Origin: Desulfobacteraceae bacterium
GTDB lineage: Bacteria; Desulfobacterota; Desulfobacteria; Desulfobacterales; Desulfosarcinaceae
NCBI GenBank assembly: GCA_050291605.1
Contig: JBNKKB010000165.1
Span: forward strand, 121 to 64,120
DNA length: 64,000 nt
Direction of reading: 5' to 3'
Shown here: positions 40,021 through 49,182 of the stretch, piece by piece
Position numbering within the stretch: the first letter of the stretch is position 1
Layout of the letters: each line of letters opens with the position of its first letter
Translations under genes and position numbers: made by a program
Notes under the pieces: generated by a model
Database searches by the model: none
The model's input: the letters and a program-made list of their open reading frames with translations, nothing else
What the model was told of the DNA's origin: nothing

Positions 40021-40803
40021 TTATCCCTTCGATCCCAAGCGCAGCCCGCCGTGGATAAAAAAGACATCACCGGCCAGGGCTTCATTGCGATACAGCTCCG
40101 CAACCAAAGCAGCCACCTCTTCAGGCTCTACCAGTCGGCCGATGGGGACCTGTCCGACGATCCGATCCAATGCTTTTTGAGGCATCTTTTTAACCATGGG
40201 TGTACCCACATAGCCGGGTGCCACAGCCACGCAGCGGATTCTGTCCGCCAACCCGCGCCTGAAAAACTCAGCGGTGATCACTTTGGGCATCACCGACATG
40301 GCGGCCTTGGTTGACGAATAGTTGATTTGACCGGCGGTGCCCAGTGAACCTGTAGACGAGATAAGGCATATCAACCCTTTGCAATTTTCATTGATCATGC
40401 GTTCAGCACACTCACGTATGGTCAAAAATACACCTGTCAGGTTCACATCAATGACCCCTTTAAATTGATCCAGCGACATCTTGCGCGACACTTTACCACT
40501 GCGGTCCGGACTTACCATAAGACCATCTTTAATGATACCGGCAAAGGGGGCAACCATATTGATTTGGCCGAAATGCTCGATGGCCGCATCAGCCAGTCTG
40601 GCACAGTCGGTCTCATCCGTCACATTGCATTTTACGGTGGCGACTTCTCCGCCAATGGAGCGTGCCGCCTCAGACAGAAGGTCTTCGGCCACATCGCCCA
40701 GGACGACTTTCCCGCCGTTTTGAGCCCAGTACCGGGCCATGGCAAGGCCGATGCCGCTGGCGCCGCCGGTGATTACCGCCACAGAGTCTTTAATTTCCAG
40801 CAT
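40021..40803 (-). CDS. SDR-family oxidoreductase (acetoacetyl-CoA/3-oxoacyl reductase-like, PhaB candidate)
   Basis: 260 aa. Motifs TGGASGIGLA (TGxxxGxG), SS.....AGQINYSSTKAA (YxxxK) and APGYVGTPM. It lies next to the PHA synthase-like gene. Confidence 0.8.
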   Translation of the reverse strand: MLEIKDSVAVITGGASGIGLAMARYWAQNGGKVVLGDVAEDLLSEAARSIGGEVATVKCNVTDETDCARLADAAIEHFGQINMVAPFAGIIKDGLMVSPDRSGKVSRKMSLDQFKGVIDVNLTGVFLTIRECAERMINENCKGLICLISSTGSLGTAGQINYSSTKAAMSVMPKVITAEFFRRGLADRIRCVAVAPGYVGTPMVKKMPQKALDRIVGQVPIGRLVEPEEVAALVAELYRNEALAGDVFFIHGGLRLGSKG

Positions 40804-40934
40804 GATGGTCTCCTTGATAAGCTTTAATTTTTTTAATTTGAAGCTGTTGATCCTACGAATACGTTATGTGCGCTTTGGAATATCAGTTATCTTTCATCCT
40901 GATCATTGTGTAAACCCTCAACACGCAATAATGC

Positions 40935-42464
40935 TTATTTTTTGGATTTTGGGGAGTCGAGCGCTTGCTGAAGATCAAGCTGAAATCGGACGGGCCCTCT
41001 GGCGGATCCTTCGTTGAAACGGGTGTGCAGGGCATAGGCAGATTTCGGATGAGACCAGGAAGTGGCAATGGCCACGTGGCCTTTGGGAAATGGTGCCGCT
41101 TCGGCATCGATATAATCCAATGGTGCCAATGCCGTTGCGGGTTCCACAAGGTCATCCTGAAGCCCGTAGCAAATTAACCAGGGAATTTTTTTGGCGCTGA
41201 GACGATTGAAGTTCAATGCCTGCCCGAACAGTTTGATAGGAAGGGTGCCGTCCTTGCGTATGGGGGTGTTGTAAGAAGCAAAGCTGACACGCGTGATGGC
41301 AATGGGAAGATCGCTGCGCTCATGGGCCAGCCAATAGTTTAGAGCAGCGGCGGTTTTGCTGATGGTCCCGGGATCCCCATTGCTATGCGCGACGATCATC
41401 ATGTCACGCCACATGGCCAATAGCGGCATTTCGGTCTCTATGCTTTTCAATTTATAGATCCAGCCCATCAAGGTGCCATCAGCCACGCGATTTCCGTTGG
41501 ACAGTTCTTTGGTGCCATATGCCAGATCGTTGAATTCTGCAGGAAGGTTTTTTAAAAACTGAGCCAAACCATCACTGCGCGTGCCGTCCATGGGAGCCAC
41601 ACAAGTGATGAAGGCATCCACGAGCTGGTCAAGTTTACCACTGAGCAAATTACACAGCGCAGCAAAACCACCCTGGCAATAGCCGTTTAGCGTGATGGGG
41701 ACACCATGGCGTTTTTTTAGGATTCGGCAAAAGCGACGCGTGTCCAGGGTATCATCTTCTGGATTCATGTGCTGAACGGCGTCGTTCGCTTTGATATCTT
41801 TTAGTATCCTAATGTATGTGGGAATGCCCTGGTTGGCAAAAGCGTGGCCGTAACTGCGCTCTTCAGCAGGTAAAAAGGCCAAAATGTTAGCACCCAGCAC
41901 ATAGGGCGGGATGATCAATATGGGTTTGCCGTCTGAACGTGGTTTCACCTCAGGATCGGTTGGCAAAACCTGGTAAAGGACAAAGTGGTCGGTTTCATCT
42001 ATTTTTGATGAGGCAGGCTGGCGTTCAAAATGAAATCCAAATTCGGGCTCAATAGCCTCGATTGCAGCCGGATAGGTGTGGGCCACGCCACGCACAAGGT
42101 GGTTTAGGCGTGCGATGAATTGGTCATATGCATCCGGAGCACCCGTCAAAAAATGAGGCAAAACGGATTGGATTTCACTCTTAAAAAACTGGTCAATGGC
42201 AAGCAGACCGCCATTTATGGCTCGGCCGGCCATGTCAAGATTCATTGCGCCCAGTTTCATATATGCATTAAAATTTTCCAGCGGTGTCCTTGACCAATAG
42301 CGATGCTGCTCGACACGGTTGAAATAGGTGTTGGCAATTAAGAAGGGGATGGTATGGGCATTGGTATAGCGCGCCAGGGTGGCCATACCGGACAGAATAC
42401 CGCTGAGTAAATGTGTTGGCGCTGTTGTGCCTGCCGATTTTCTTTTTGTGGCTGTATCGGTCAT
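40935..42464 (-). CDS. Alpha/beta-hydrolase-fold poly(3-hydroxyalkanoate) synthase-like protein (PhaC candidate)
   Basis: 509 aa. Lipase-box-like GYCQGG with a catalytic-Cys candidate. It is flanked by phasin-like genes, PhaR and an SDR. The synthase class is not assignable by eye. Confidence 0.65.
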   Translation of the reverse strand: MTDTATKRKSAGTTAPTHLLSGILSGMATLARYTNAHTIPFLIANTYFNRVEQHRYWSRTPLENFNAYMKLGAMNLDMAGRAINGGLLAIDQFFKSEIQSVLPHFLTGAPDAYDQFIARLNHLVRGVAHTYPAAIEAIEPEFGFHFERQPASSKIDETDHFVLYQVLPTDPEVKPRSDGKPILIIPPYVLGANILAFLPAEERSYGHAFANQGIPTYIRILKDIKANDAVQHMNPEDDTLDTRRFCRILKKRHGVPITLNGYCQGGFAALCNLLSGKLDQLVDAFITCVAPMDGTRSDGLAQFLKNLPAEFNDLAYGTKELSNGNRVADGTLMGWIYKLKSIETEMPLLAMWRDMMIVAHSNGDPGTISKTAAALNYWLAHERSDLPIAITRVSFASYNTPIRKDGTLPIKLFGQALNFNRLSAKKIPWLICYGLQDDLVEPATALAPLDYIDAEAAPFPKGHVAIATSWSHPKSAYALHTRFNEGSARGPVRFQLDLQQALDSPKSKK

Positions 42465-42567
42465 GGATGCACCTTGATGCGAGAGGAATAGGTTGCGTGC
42501 CGGCAGCGGCGGAGGCTGATTCAGCGCTCCGCCGCTGCATCACCCCACAGGCCAAGCTGTGCGACGT

Positions 42568-42825
42568 CTAATCGGCGAAATATTTTTCAACGTTTTGATA
42601 GCTCTCATCCACATATTTTTTAAAATTATCGCGGCCGGTTTTAAAAGATTCAACATAATTTTCAATAGCATGGCGTCCCTCTGCCGGCAGCCAATTGGCC
42701 TGCTCCAAAACCGTTTTAGCGACCTGTTCAAACTGTTCCTGGAGCAATGTCAAAGCGCTAAAGGTGTTATTGAAAGTGGTTTGATTAAAGGTAACCATCT
42801 GTTTGAGCATCTCTTTCTGATCCAT
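42568..42825 (-). CDS. Phasin-like small helical protein (paralog A)
   Basis: 85 aa. Shares the pattern ..F.KT.F....A...LQ.Q......L.Q..W.PEEGR.A....V......R...K.Y.D... with the next ORF. PHA-locus context. Confidence 0.6.
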   Translation of the reverse strand: MDQKEMLKQMVTFNQTTFNNTFSALTLLQEQFEQVAKTVLEQANWLPAEGRHAIENYVESFKTGRDNFKKYVDESYQNVEKYFAD

Positions 42826-42854
42826 GGTGGTATCTCCTTCACAAGCGCCAAGTG

Positions 42855-43157
42855 CTACACGCTTGTTTTTTTGGCTTTTGCAGGTGCGGCCTTTTTCATG
42901 CCGGACATTTGTTTTTCAATGCCGGAAAACCCGTCGTCAATGTAGGCTTTAAGACGATCACGCTCTTCCTGGCATACATTAACCCAGCTTAAAATCGCTT
43001 GACGACCCTCTTCAGGAATCCAGGTGGATTGATCCAGCATGGTGTCAACCGCTGAAGTGGCTTGATCTTGCATTAGGGCCACCGCATCGTACCAACTGGT
43101 GAAAGAGGTCTTTTGGAAATCCACGACTTGTTTTGCAATTTGTTGGTAGGGCATCAT
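42855..43157 (-). CDS. Phasin-like small helical protein (paralog B) with lysine/alanine-rich tail
   Basis: Start chosen at MMPYQQ (43157), preceded by AAGGAGAAT. Paralogous to 42568-42825. C-terminal tail KKAAPAKAKKTSV. Confidence 0.6.
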   Translation of the reverse strand: MMPYQQIAKQVVDFQKTSFTSWYDAVALMQDQATSAVDTMLDQSTWIPEEGRQAILSWVNVCQEERDRLKAYIDDGFSGIEKQMSGMKKAAPAKAKKTSV

Positions 43158-43204
43158 CTTATTCTCCTTTTTATGTGTAAAATTAGGGTTAAAATGTAAA
43201 TGAC

Positions 43205-43296
43205 GCAATGCAACATTTACTAATAATGTGACATACCCTTATAATAAAATATAATAACAATATGTCAATATAAAAAATGCTGCAATGCAACATTTA
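43205..43296. promoter_or_regulatory. Two exact 15-nt direct repeats GCAATGCAACATTTA in the phasin/phaR divergent promoter region (candidate PhaR operators)
   Basis: Identical copies at 43205-43219 and 43282-43296, in a very AT-rich 230-bp intergenic region. Confidence 0.45.
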
Positions 43297-43443
43297 TGAA
43301 TTTACTAAATTCAATTACAACCCATACTATGAAAATAAATAGTATAATCAGTGTGATAAATATGGTATAGATTGCCTTGAATCATAATGCCGGGTGGTGC
43401 ATTACATCAAATGTCAAGTACTGGCGGAACGCCTCAGGGGGAG

Positions 43444-43917
43444 ATGGAAATGGCCGATACACTTTTGCTAAAAAAATACGCCAATCGGCGCCTTTATGAT
43501 ACAGAAAAGAGTACTTATGTGACTTTGAACCAACTGGCCGATTGCATCCGTCAGGGTCGTATGGTGAAAATAATAGACGCCAAGAGCAAAGAAGATGTAA
43601 CTGATTTTATCTTAACCCAAATTGTTTTAGAGGAGGCCAAAAACAAAAAAACCCTGTTGCCTGTACCTGTGCTCCACATGATTATTCGCTATGGAGATAA
43701 TCTTATGGGCGAATTTTTTGAAAAGTATTTTCAGCAAACCTTTGAAAACTACATCGCCCATAAAAAAGCCGTGGATTCTCATTTCCAGAGATGGTTGGAG
43801 ATGGGAATGAGTATGTCAAAAGCGGCCCAGCAACGTTTCTCCGACATCAATCCATTCCAAAATTATATGGATCCGTTTGGGGCCATGGGGAAAAAGGACA
43901 ATGATGATAAAAAATAA
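43444..43917 (+). CDS. phaR: PHA synthesis repressor PhaR
   Basis: Conserved N-terminal DNA-binding domain LLKKYANRRLYDTEKSTYVTLNQLADCIRQGRMVKIID.KSKEDVT.FILTQIVLE. The start could be either ATG, 43444 or 43450. Confidence 0.85.
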   Translation: MEMADTLLLKKYANRRLYDTEKSTYVTLNQLADCIRQGRMVKIIDAKSKEDVTDFILTQIVLEEAKNKKTLLPVPVLHMIIRYGDNLMGEFFEKYFQQTFENYIAHKKAVDSHFQRWLEMGMSMSKAAQQRFSDINPFQNYMDPFGAMGKKDNDDKK

Positions 43918-44014
43918 AATGGTTACTGCATAATAAAACGAGAAAATCACCTTATATTAAGTGCTTTGTATACTCATTTAAAAGTTATGCGTTAAATTTT
44001 TAATCGATCCTCAA

Positions 44015-45217
44015 ATGGCGAAACGCCTCAAAGTGATCTGTATGGAGCTATCAGCCGTTTTCCAAGCCATATTCGAAACCAAAACAGACGGCTCCGCCTT
44101 CGCAGCAGCCGATCTGCAGCCGGGTGACCGGCTTACCGGTCGCGTGCTGAAACTGGTGAACAATGGCCGTGCGCTTATTGATCTGGGAGCTTTTCGGGCA
44201 ACAGCTCGAATGGGTTTTCCCGTGCACCCGGGTGAGATGCTTAAATTGAAAGTCATCCATAGTGGTAGCACATTGCATTTGCAGGCGGATGTCAAGTCGA
44301 CGCCGCGATCACCACAGGACCTTCCGCAGCTTAATTTCACGCGACTGTTTTCAACGGCTGATCAGCAACAGTTGGTCGGGCTACTGGATCGCATGACGCG
44401 TTTGCCCCTATCTGAGGGGACGAGTTTTAAGGTACCTCAGGGCCTTCAACAGGCCTTAATCCAGGTTAAGGCGATCTTCGAGGATATGCCTATTCAGAAA
44501 CCCATCGCACGGCTGATGGAATGGTTGCGCCATACAGTTGAAGATAGAGGGGTATGGTTTGAAAAAAAATTGGCCGATGCCGTGACTACAGATTCACTGA
44601 ACGCTGAAGGGCAAAAAAGTGCCAAAACGGGTACAATGCGCGCTGTGATTGCAAAGGATTTGAAATCCAATTTATTGACAATCAATTCCTTTTTGTTAGC
44701 AGAGGATGCGCCCGCATGGGTATCTGAGAGGATAACCGCGAAGGAGATGAAATGGGTCCGTCAGGGTATTGGAAAAATGTTGGACCACATCTGCCTGCAG
44801 CAAGATCGCGTGGTTCGCAATTGGAGAGAAGACGATGCATTTCATATTATTACCCATGTCATTCCCTTCAAAAAAAAGAAGCAACCGGTTCAATTGAAAA
44901 TTTTCTATTCAAATAAAGGGTTCCAACGATCCAGGGATTCCCATCAGCGTGTGGCATTGTTGCTGCACATGGATCAGTTGGGCCCGGTGCGCGCTGACCT
45001 TGCCATGACAGGCCGCCATCTGAAAATTCAGTTTTTTGTTCAAAGGGATGCTGTTCGCCAACGTTTTGAACAGCAGAGCGATGACATTGTGAGAGCATTA
45101 CAAGGTCTATTCGAGGATGTCGTGCTGATCACCAGTGTGTCCGAAAAGAAAATAACCCAATTCAACCTCCCGGAACCATCTGGCGCCGCATCGGGAAGGA
45201 TTGATATCCTCATATGA
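44015..45217 (+). CDS. FliK-like (flagellar hook-length control C-terminal domain) protein
   Basis: 400 aa. Flg_hook-like C-terminal region (VALLLHMDQLGPVRADLAMTGRHLKIQFFVQRDAVRQRFEQQSDDIVRALQGL). It is coupled to the FlhB-C-like ORF by a 4-bp overlap. Confidence 0.6.
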   Translation: MAKRLKVICMELSAVFQAIFETKTDGSAFAAADLQPGDRLTGRVLKLVNNGRALIDLGAFRATARMGFPVHPGEMLKLKVIHSGSTLHLQADVKSTPRSPQDLPQLNFTRLFSTADQQQLVGLLDRMTRLPLSEGTSFKVPQGLQQALIQVKAIFEDMPIQKPIARLMEWLRHTVEDRGVWFEKKLADAVTTDSLNAEGQKSAKTGTMRAVIAKDLKSNLLTINSFLLAEDAPAWVSERITAKEMKWVRQGIGKMLDHICLQQDRVVRNWREDDAFHIITHVIPFKKKKQPVQLKIFYSNKGFQRSRDSHQRVALLLHMDQLGPVRADLAMTGRHLKIQFFVQRDAVRQRFEQQSDDIVRALQGLFEDVVLITSVSEKKITQFNLPEPSGAASGRIDILI

Positions 45218-45486
45218 ATACTAAAAAGATCAAAAAGGCAGCGGCCATGCAATACCGGCAGGGTCATGATTCGGCGCCCCGGGTGGCGGCCAAAGGTCGC
45301 GGTAAAATGGCCGAAAAAATAGTCGCTGTGGCCCGGTCGCACAACATTCCGCTGGTTGAAGATCCTGGTTTGGTGCAGGTTTTAGAAGCCTTGGATGTGG
45401 ATACGCAAATTCCGGCCGAGCTTTATCAAGCGGTGGCTGAAGTACTGGTTTTTGTTTATCGCATGAATCAGCAACCGACGGATTAA
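45214..45486 (+). CDS. FlhB C-terminal-domain-like protein (EscU/YscU/HrcU family fragment, YlqH-like)
   Basis: 90 aa. Sequence AAAMQYRQGHDSAPRVAAKGRGKMAEKIVAVARSHNIPLVEDPGLVQVL...IPAELYQAVAEVLVFVY. Confidence 0.75.
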   Translation: MNTKKIKKAAAMQYRQGHDSAPRVAAKGRGKMAEKIVAVARSHNIPLVEDPGLVQVLEALDVDTQIPAELYQAVAEVLVFVYRMNQQPTD

Positions 45487-45612
45487 CGGATTAACGGATT
45501 AAAGGGTGTATTGCGTTCAGGACGCGTTTCCCCGGAAAATCAGGTGAGGTTAAGGGGATATCGGCCAACGAGTGCGCTGAACCCGGTTCACTACCAACCG
45601 ACAATTGACGCT

Positions 45613-48600
45613 ATGAAGCCTTTTGAGCTATTCAATCTGCCCTTGAAGGGCGCCCACCTTATCGAAGCCAGTGCAGGCACAGGCAAAACTTACACCTTGG
45701 CAGCCGTTTACTTGCGAATGATTGTTGAACTGGGATTTCGTGTGGATCGATTGCTGGTGGTTACCTATACCAAAGCAGCCACCGAAGAGCTCAAAACCCG
45801 TATCCGCCAGAGATTAGTGACCGCTAAGAACAGTTGGCACAAGGGTCAAAGCGGCGATCCAATGCTGGATGATTTACGTCACCGGCTGAACGATACCGGG
45901 CAGGCTTTGCAGCGCATCCAGGATGCGTTAATGGAATTTGACCGCGCCGCGATCTATACCATTCACGGATTTTGCCAGCGCGTTCTGCAGCATTACGCTT
46001 TTGAGACAGGACACCTTTTTCAAAGTGAATTGGTGCATAGCGATACTCCTTACATCCAGGAGACAGCGCAAGATTTTTGGCGGCGCTATTTCGTTCGGGC
46101 ACCCCATGAGTTGGCATATGAGGCAATAAGAAAAATACATGATCCAACGGAGTTGGCCAAGATATTCCAGGTCAACAGTTTCCCTTACATCGCCGTTTTG
46201 CCTGAACTTCAGAAACCGCCGCTTTCGGCTGTGACCCATTGGCGAGAGACAGCCAAAGCGATTCAGGCGCAATGGCCCCAGGTGCGGCAGCAGGTAAAAC
46301 AACTATTGCAATATGATGGGTTAAACGGACAAATATATGGTGTATTATATAACAAAAAGACACCCTCTGCCCCCCCCCCCCGACAAGTGAAAGTTGAAAC
46401 TTTGTGCCGAGCGATGGATCAATGGAACGGCAATTACCCCCTGTTTAAATCCTTTGATCTGTTCAGCCGCCACCGTCTGCTAGTGGCAACCAAAAAGGGC
46501 AGGACGACACCTGAACACCCTTTTTTCAGGCTGTGCGAACGAGCCCTGCAGCAGCAGGATCAAATGAAAAATCAATTGGAAACCTATTTGCGCTATCTAA
46601 AAGTTCGCTTTTATCACGATGCGCAATCCGCAGTTTCCCAAAAAAAGGCCCGGCAAAACATTCTTTTTTTTGATGACCTGTTGCGTCTCGTGCACCAGGC
46701 TGTGAAGGGTTCTACCGGCTGCTTGCTGGCCAACGCCCTTAGAGCTCAGTACCCTGTCGCATTGGTCGATGAATTTCAGGATACCGACCCATTGCAATCT
46801 GAGATATTTTACACGCTTTTTGCGACCGATCAGAATTTACTGGTCATGATCGGTGATCCAAAGCAAGCCATATATTCGTTCAGGGGTGCGGATCTGTTTT
46901 CCTATTTACGCGCTTCCGATGCGGCGCAGACACGCTCCACTCTGGCCAAAAATTGGCGGTCCAGCGCCAGGTTAGTCCAAGCCGTCAACACCGTATTCGG
47001 AAGCCATCCGCAGCCCTTTGGATTCAAGCAAATCGGCTTTGATGATGCGGTGGCGGCTCGTCCCGAAATAAAGGGATCGTCACCTGCTTTCCACCTTAGG
47101 TATTTGACACCGGACGATGAAGCGTCACCTACTGCAAAAGTGTCCATAACGGAGGCCAAATCAAGTATTGCGGGCGCCGTGGCCCAAGAGATTGTTGATT
47201 TGCTTGAAGGGACTAACCCGGATTTTGTCCCCGAAGATATTGCCGTTCTGGTGCGTACCCATCGTCAAGCGCACCATGTCAAAGATGCTCTCGCTGCAAG
47301 AAAAGTACCCGCGGTATTGCACAGCGCCGGGCGTATTTTTGATACCGTCGAGGCAGAGCATGTGGCGCATATTATGGCTGCCGTGGCTCTGCCAACCGAC
47401 CCGCATTTGGTGAAGGCCGCGCTTGCCAACAAATTATTTGGCTGGGATGCATCTTTGTTGCTGGACCCTGTCAGCGAGACGCATCGAACCTGGCAGACCC
47501 AGTGGGAATCTTTTGGTGTTTATCGCAAGATTTGGGTGCAGTCGGGTTTTTATGCCATGTTCCGCTCTATGCTGATCCAGGAGGGGATAAAGATCAGGAC
47601 ACTCGGACGGCCGGGTGGAGAACGCGCATTGACCAACTTGCTCCATCTGGCCGAGCTGATCCACCAAGCGGAAATCGAGCACCGTTTAGGTCCTGAAGGC
47701 CTGTGCAAATGGCTGGCGTTGCAGCGCCAATCTAACGAGAACGGCAGTGATGAACAGCAATTGCGTTTGGAGAGCGATGCACACGCGGTGCGTATTATTA
47801 CCATGCACAAGAGCAAAGGATTACAATTTGAAGTTGTTTTTTGTCCGTATACCTGGTCCGGTATTAAAAATAATGTTCAGACGGCTGTGTTCCATCATCC
47901 GGAAAAACAGGACCAGTTGGCCCTTGCTTTTGGTCCTCAAATTCCCAAAAGCTTTCAAGTTCAAGCACAAATTGAGGCATTGTCTGAAAACCTGCGTATG
48001 CTTTATGTTGCCTTAACCAGAGCTCGTCAACACTGCTATTGGATGTGGGGACCGATCAAAGGGGCAGACATTTCAGCACCGGCTTATCTTCTGCATGGTT
48101 TGGAAATCGATATATGCGATAGGGATGGATTGCGCTTATTAAAAGATAAGATGGCCGGTTTGCGCTTTGATCAGTGGTTGGGGGAAATCTTGGCCCTGGC
48201 CCAGCGTTCCCATGGCAGCATAGAGGTTGAGGCCCTGATATCCGGCCAACATCGCGAATATGCGCCGGCAGGAAGATCAATTGCGCCTCTCGCATACCGG
48301 AGTTTGACACGTCGCCTGGATCGCCATTGGCGGATCACCTCATTTTCGGCGATGATCAGCGGTCAAGTCGATGAACAACCTCACCGAGGCGATGGGTTGA
48401 GTGCCGGAACAATTGAACCTGTCAAGGAAAGCGGTTTCACATTATTTGATTTTCCCAAAGGTGCGCGAGCCGGTTTGTTTTTTCATGACCTATTGGAACA
48501 TTGGGATCATACCCAATATCAAGCTATGCGATGCAAGGATTTGGTGGTCGATAAAATTCAACAACACGGGTATAAACCCGATTGGCAAGAATCCGTCCGA

Positions 48601-49182
48601 AACATGCTTCAGGTTTTGGCCCAAACACCCCTTCACGCCAAACATGACCGTTTTTGTTTACATCAAGTTGCCCGCAACGCCAGGCGGAATGAAATTACGT
48701 TTTATCTTCCGCTCAAGGATGTCAGTGCGTCCCAACTTCAGGCAACCTTTGCACGATATGGCGATTTTTCCCAAAACCGGAAGATGACTGAGCAGATGGG
48801 GCGGCTTAAATTTGCACCGGCTAAGGGATTTATAAAGGGGTTTATCGATGTGGTTTTCAGCCATAACGGGCGAACCTACTTGGTGGATTGGAAATCCAAT
48901 TATTTAGGGTCGCTGTATGAAGACTACAGCATGGGTTGCCTGGGCCGCGCAATGACTGAATCCTATTATTTCCTGCAATACCATCTCTATATTGTGGCGT
49001 TGGATCAATTGCTGCGCCGGCGAATAGACAATTATGACTATGGTCGCCATTTCGGTGGTGTTTTTTATATCTTTTTACGGGGACTGAATCCTGACGGTGA
49101 CGCCGCCACAGGCATCTATTACGACCTTCCCCATGCACAGCTTGTGTCGGCGCTAAGCCGGGCACTGATTGCGGACCGATGA
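45613..49182 (+). CDS. recB: Exodeoxyribonuclease V beta subunit RecB (helicase-nuclease)
   Basis: Start at the ATG at 45613 (MKPFELFNLPL). Walker A ASAGTGKTY, VDEFQDTD, TMHKSKGL, and the C-terminal PD-(D/E)xK nuclease motif GFIDVVF...DWKSNYLG. Confidence 0.9.
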   Translation: MKPFELFNLPLKGAHLIEASAGTGKTYTLAAVYLRMIVELGFRVDRLLVVTYTKAATEELKTRIRQRLVTAKNSWHKGQSGDPMLDDLRHRLNDTGQALQRIQDALMEFDRAAIYTIHGFCQRVLQHYAFETGHLFQSELVHSDTPYIQETAQDFWRRYFVRAPHELAYEAIRKIHDPTELAKIFQVNSFPYIAVLPELQKPPLSAVTHWRETAKAIQAQWPQVRQQVKQLLQYDGLNGQIYGVLYNKKTPSAPPPRQVKVETLCRAMDQWNGNYPLFKSFDLFSRHRLLVATKKGRTTPEHPFFRLCERALQQQDQMKNQLETYLRYLKVRFYHDAQSAVSQKKARQNILFFDDLLRLVHQAVKGSTGCLLANALRAQYPVALVDEFQDTDPLQSEIFYTLFATDQNLLVMIGDPKQAIYSFRGADLFSYLRASDAAQTRSTLAKNWRSSARLVQAVNTVFGSHPQPFGFKQIGFDDAVAARPEIKGSSPAFHLRYLTPDDEASPTAKVSITEAKSSIAGAVAQEIVDLLEGTNPDFVPEDIAVLVRTHRQAHHVKDALAARKVPAVLHSAGRIFDTVEAEHVAHIMAAVALPTDPHLVKAALANKLFGWDASLLLDPVSETHRTWQTQWESFGVYRKIWVQSGFYAMFRSMLIQEGIKIRTLGRPGGERALTNLLHLAELIHQAEIEHRLGPEGLCKWLALQRQSNENGSDEQQLRLESDAHAVRIITMHKSKGLQFEVVFCPYTWSGIKNNVQTAVFHHPEKQDQLALAFGPQIPKSFQVQAQIEALSENLRMLYVALTRARQHCYWMWGPIKGADISAPAYLLHGLEIDICDRDGLRLLKDKMAGLRFDQWLGEILALAQRSHGSIEVEALISGQHREYAPAGRSIAPLAYRSLTRRLDRHWRITSFSAMISGQVDEQPHRGDGLSAGTIEPVKESGFTLFDFPKGARAGLFFHDLLEHWDHTQYQAMRCKDLVVDKIQQHGYKPDWQESVRNMLQVLAQTPLHAKHDRFCLHQVARNARRNEITFYLPLKDVSASQLQATFARYGDFSQNRKMTEQMGRLKFAPAKGFIKGFIDVVFSHNGRTYLVDWKSNYLGSLYEDYSMGCLGRAMTESYYFLQYHLYIVALDQLLRRRIDNYDYGRHFGGVFYIFLRGLNPDGDAATGIYYDLPHAQLVSALSRALIADR

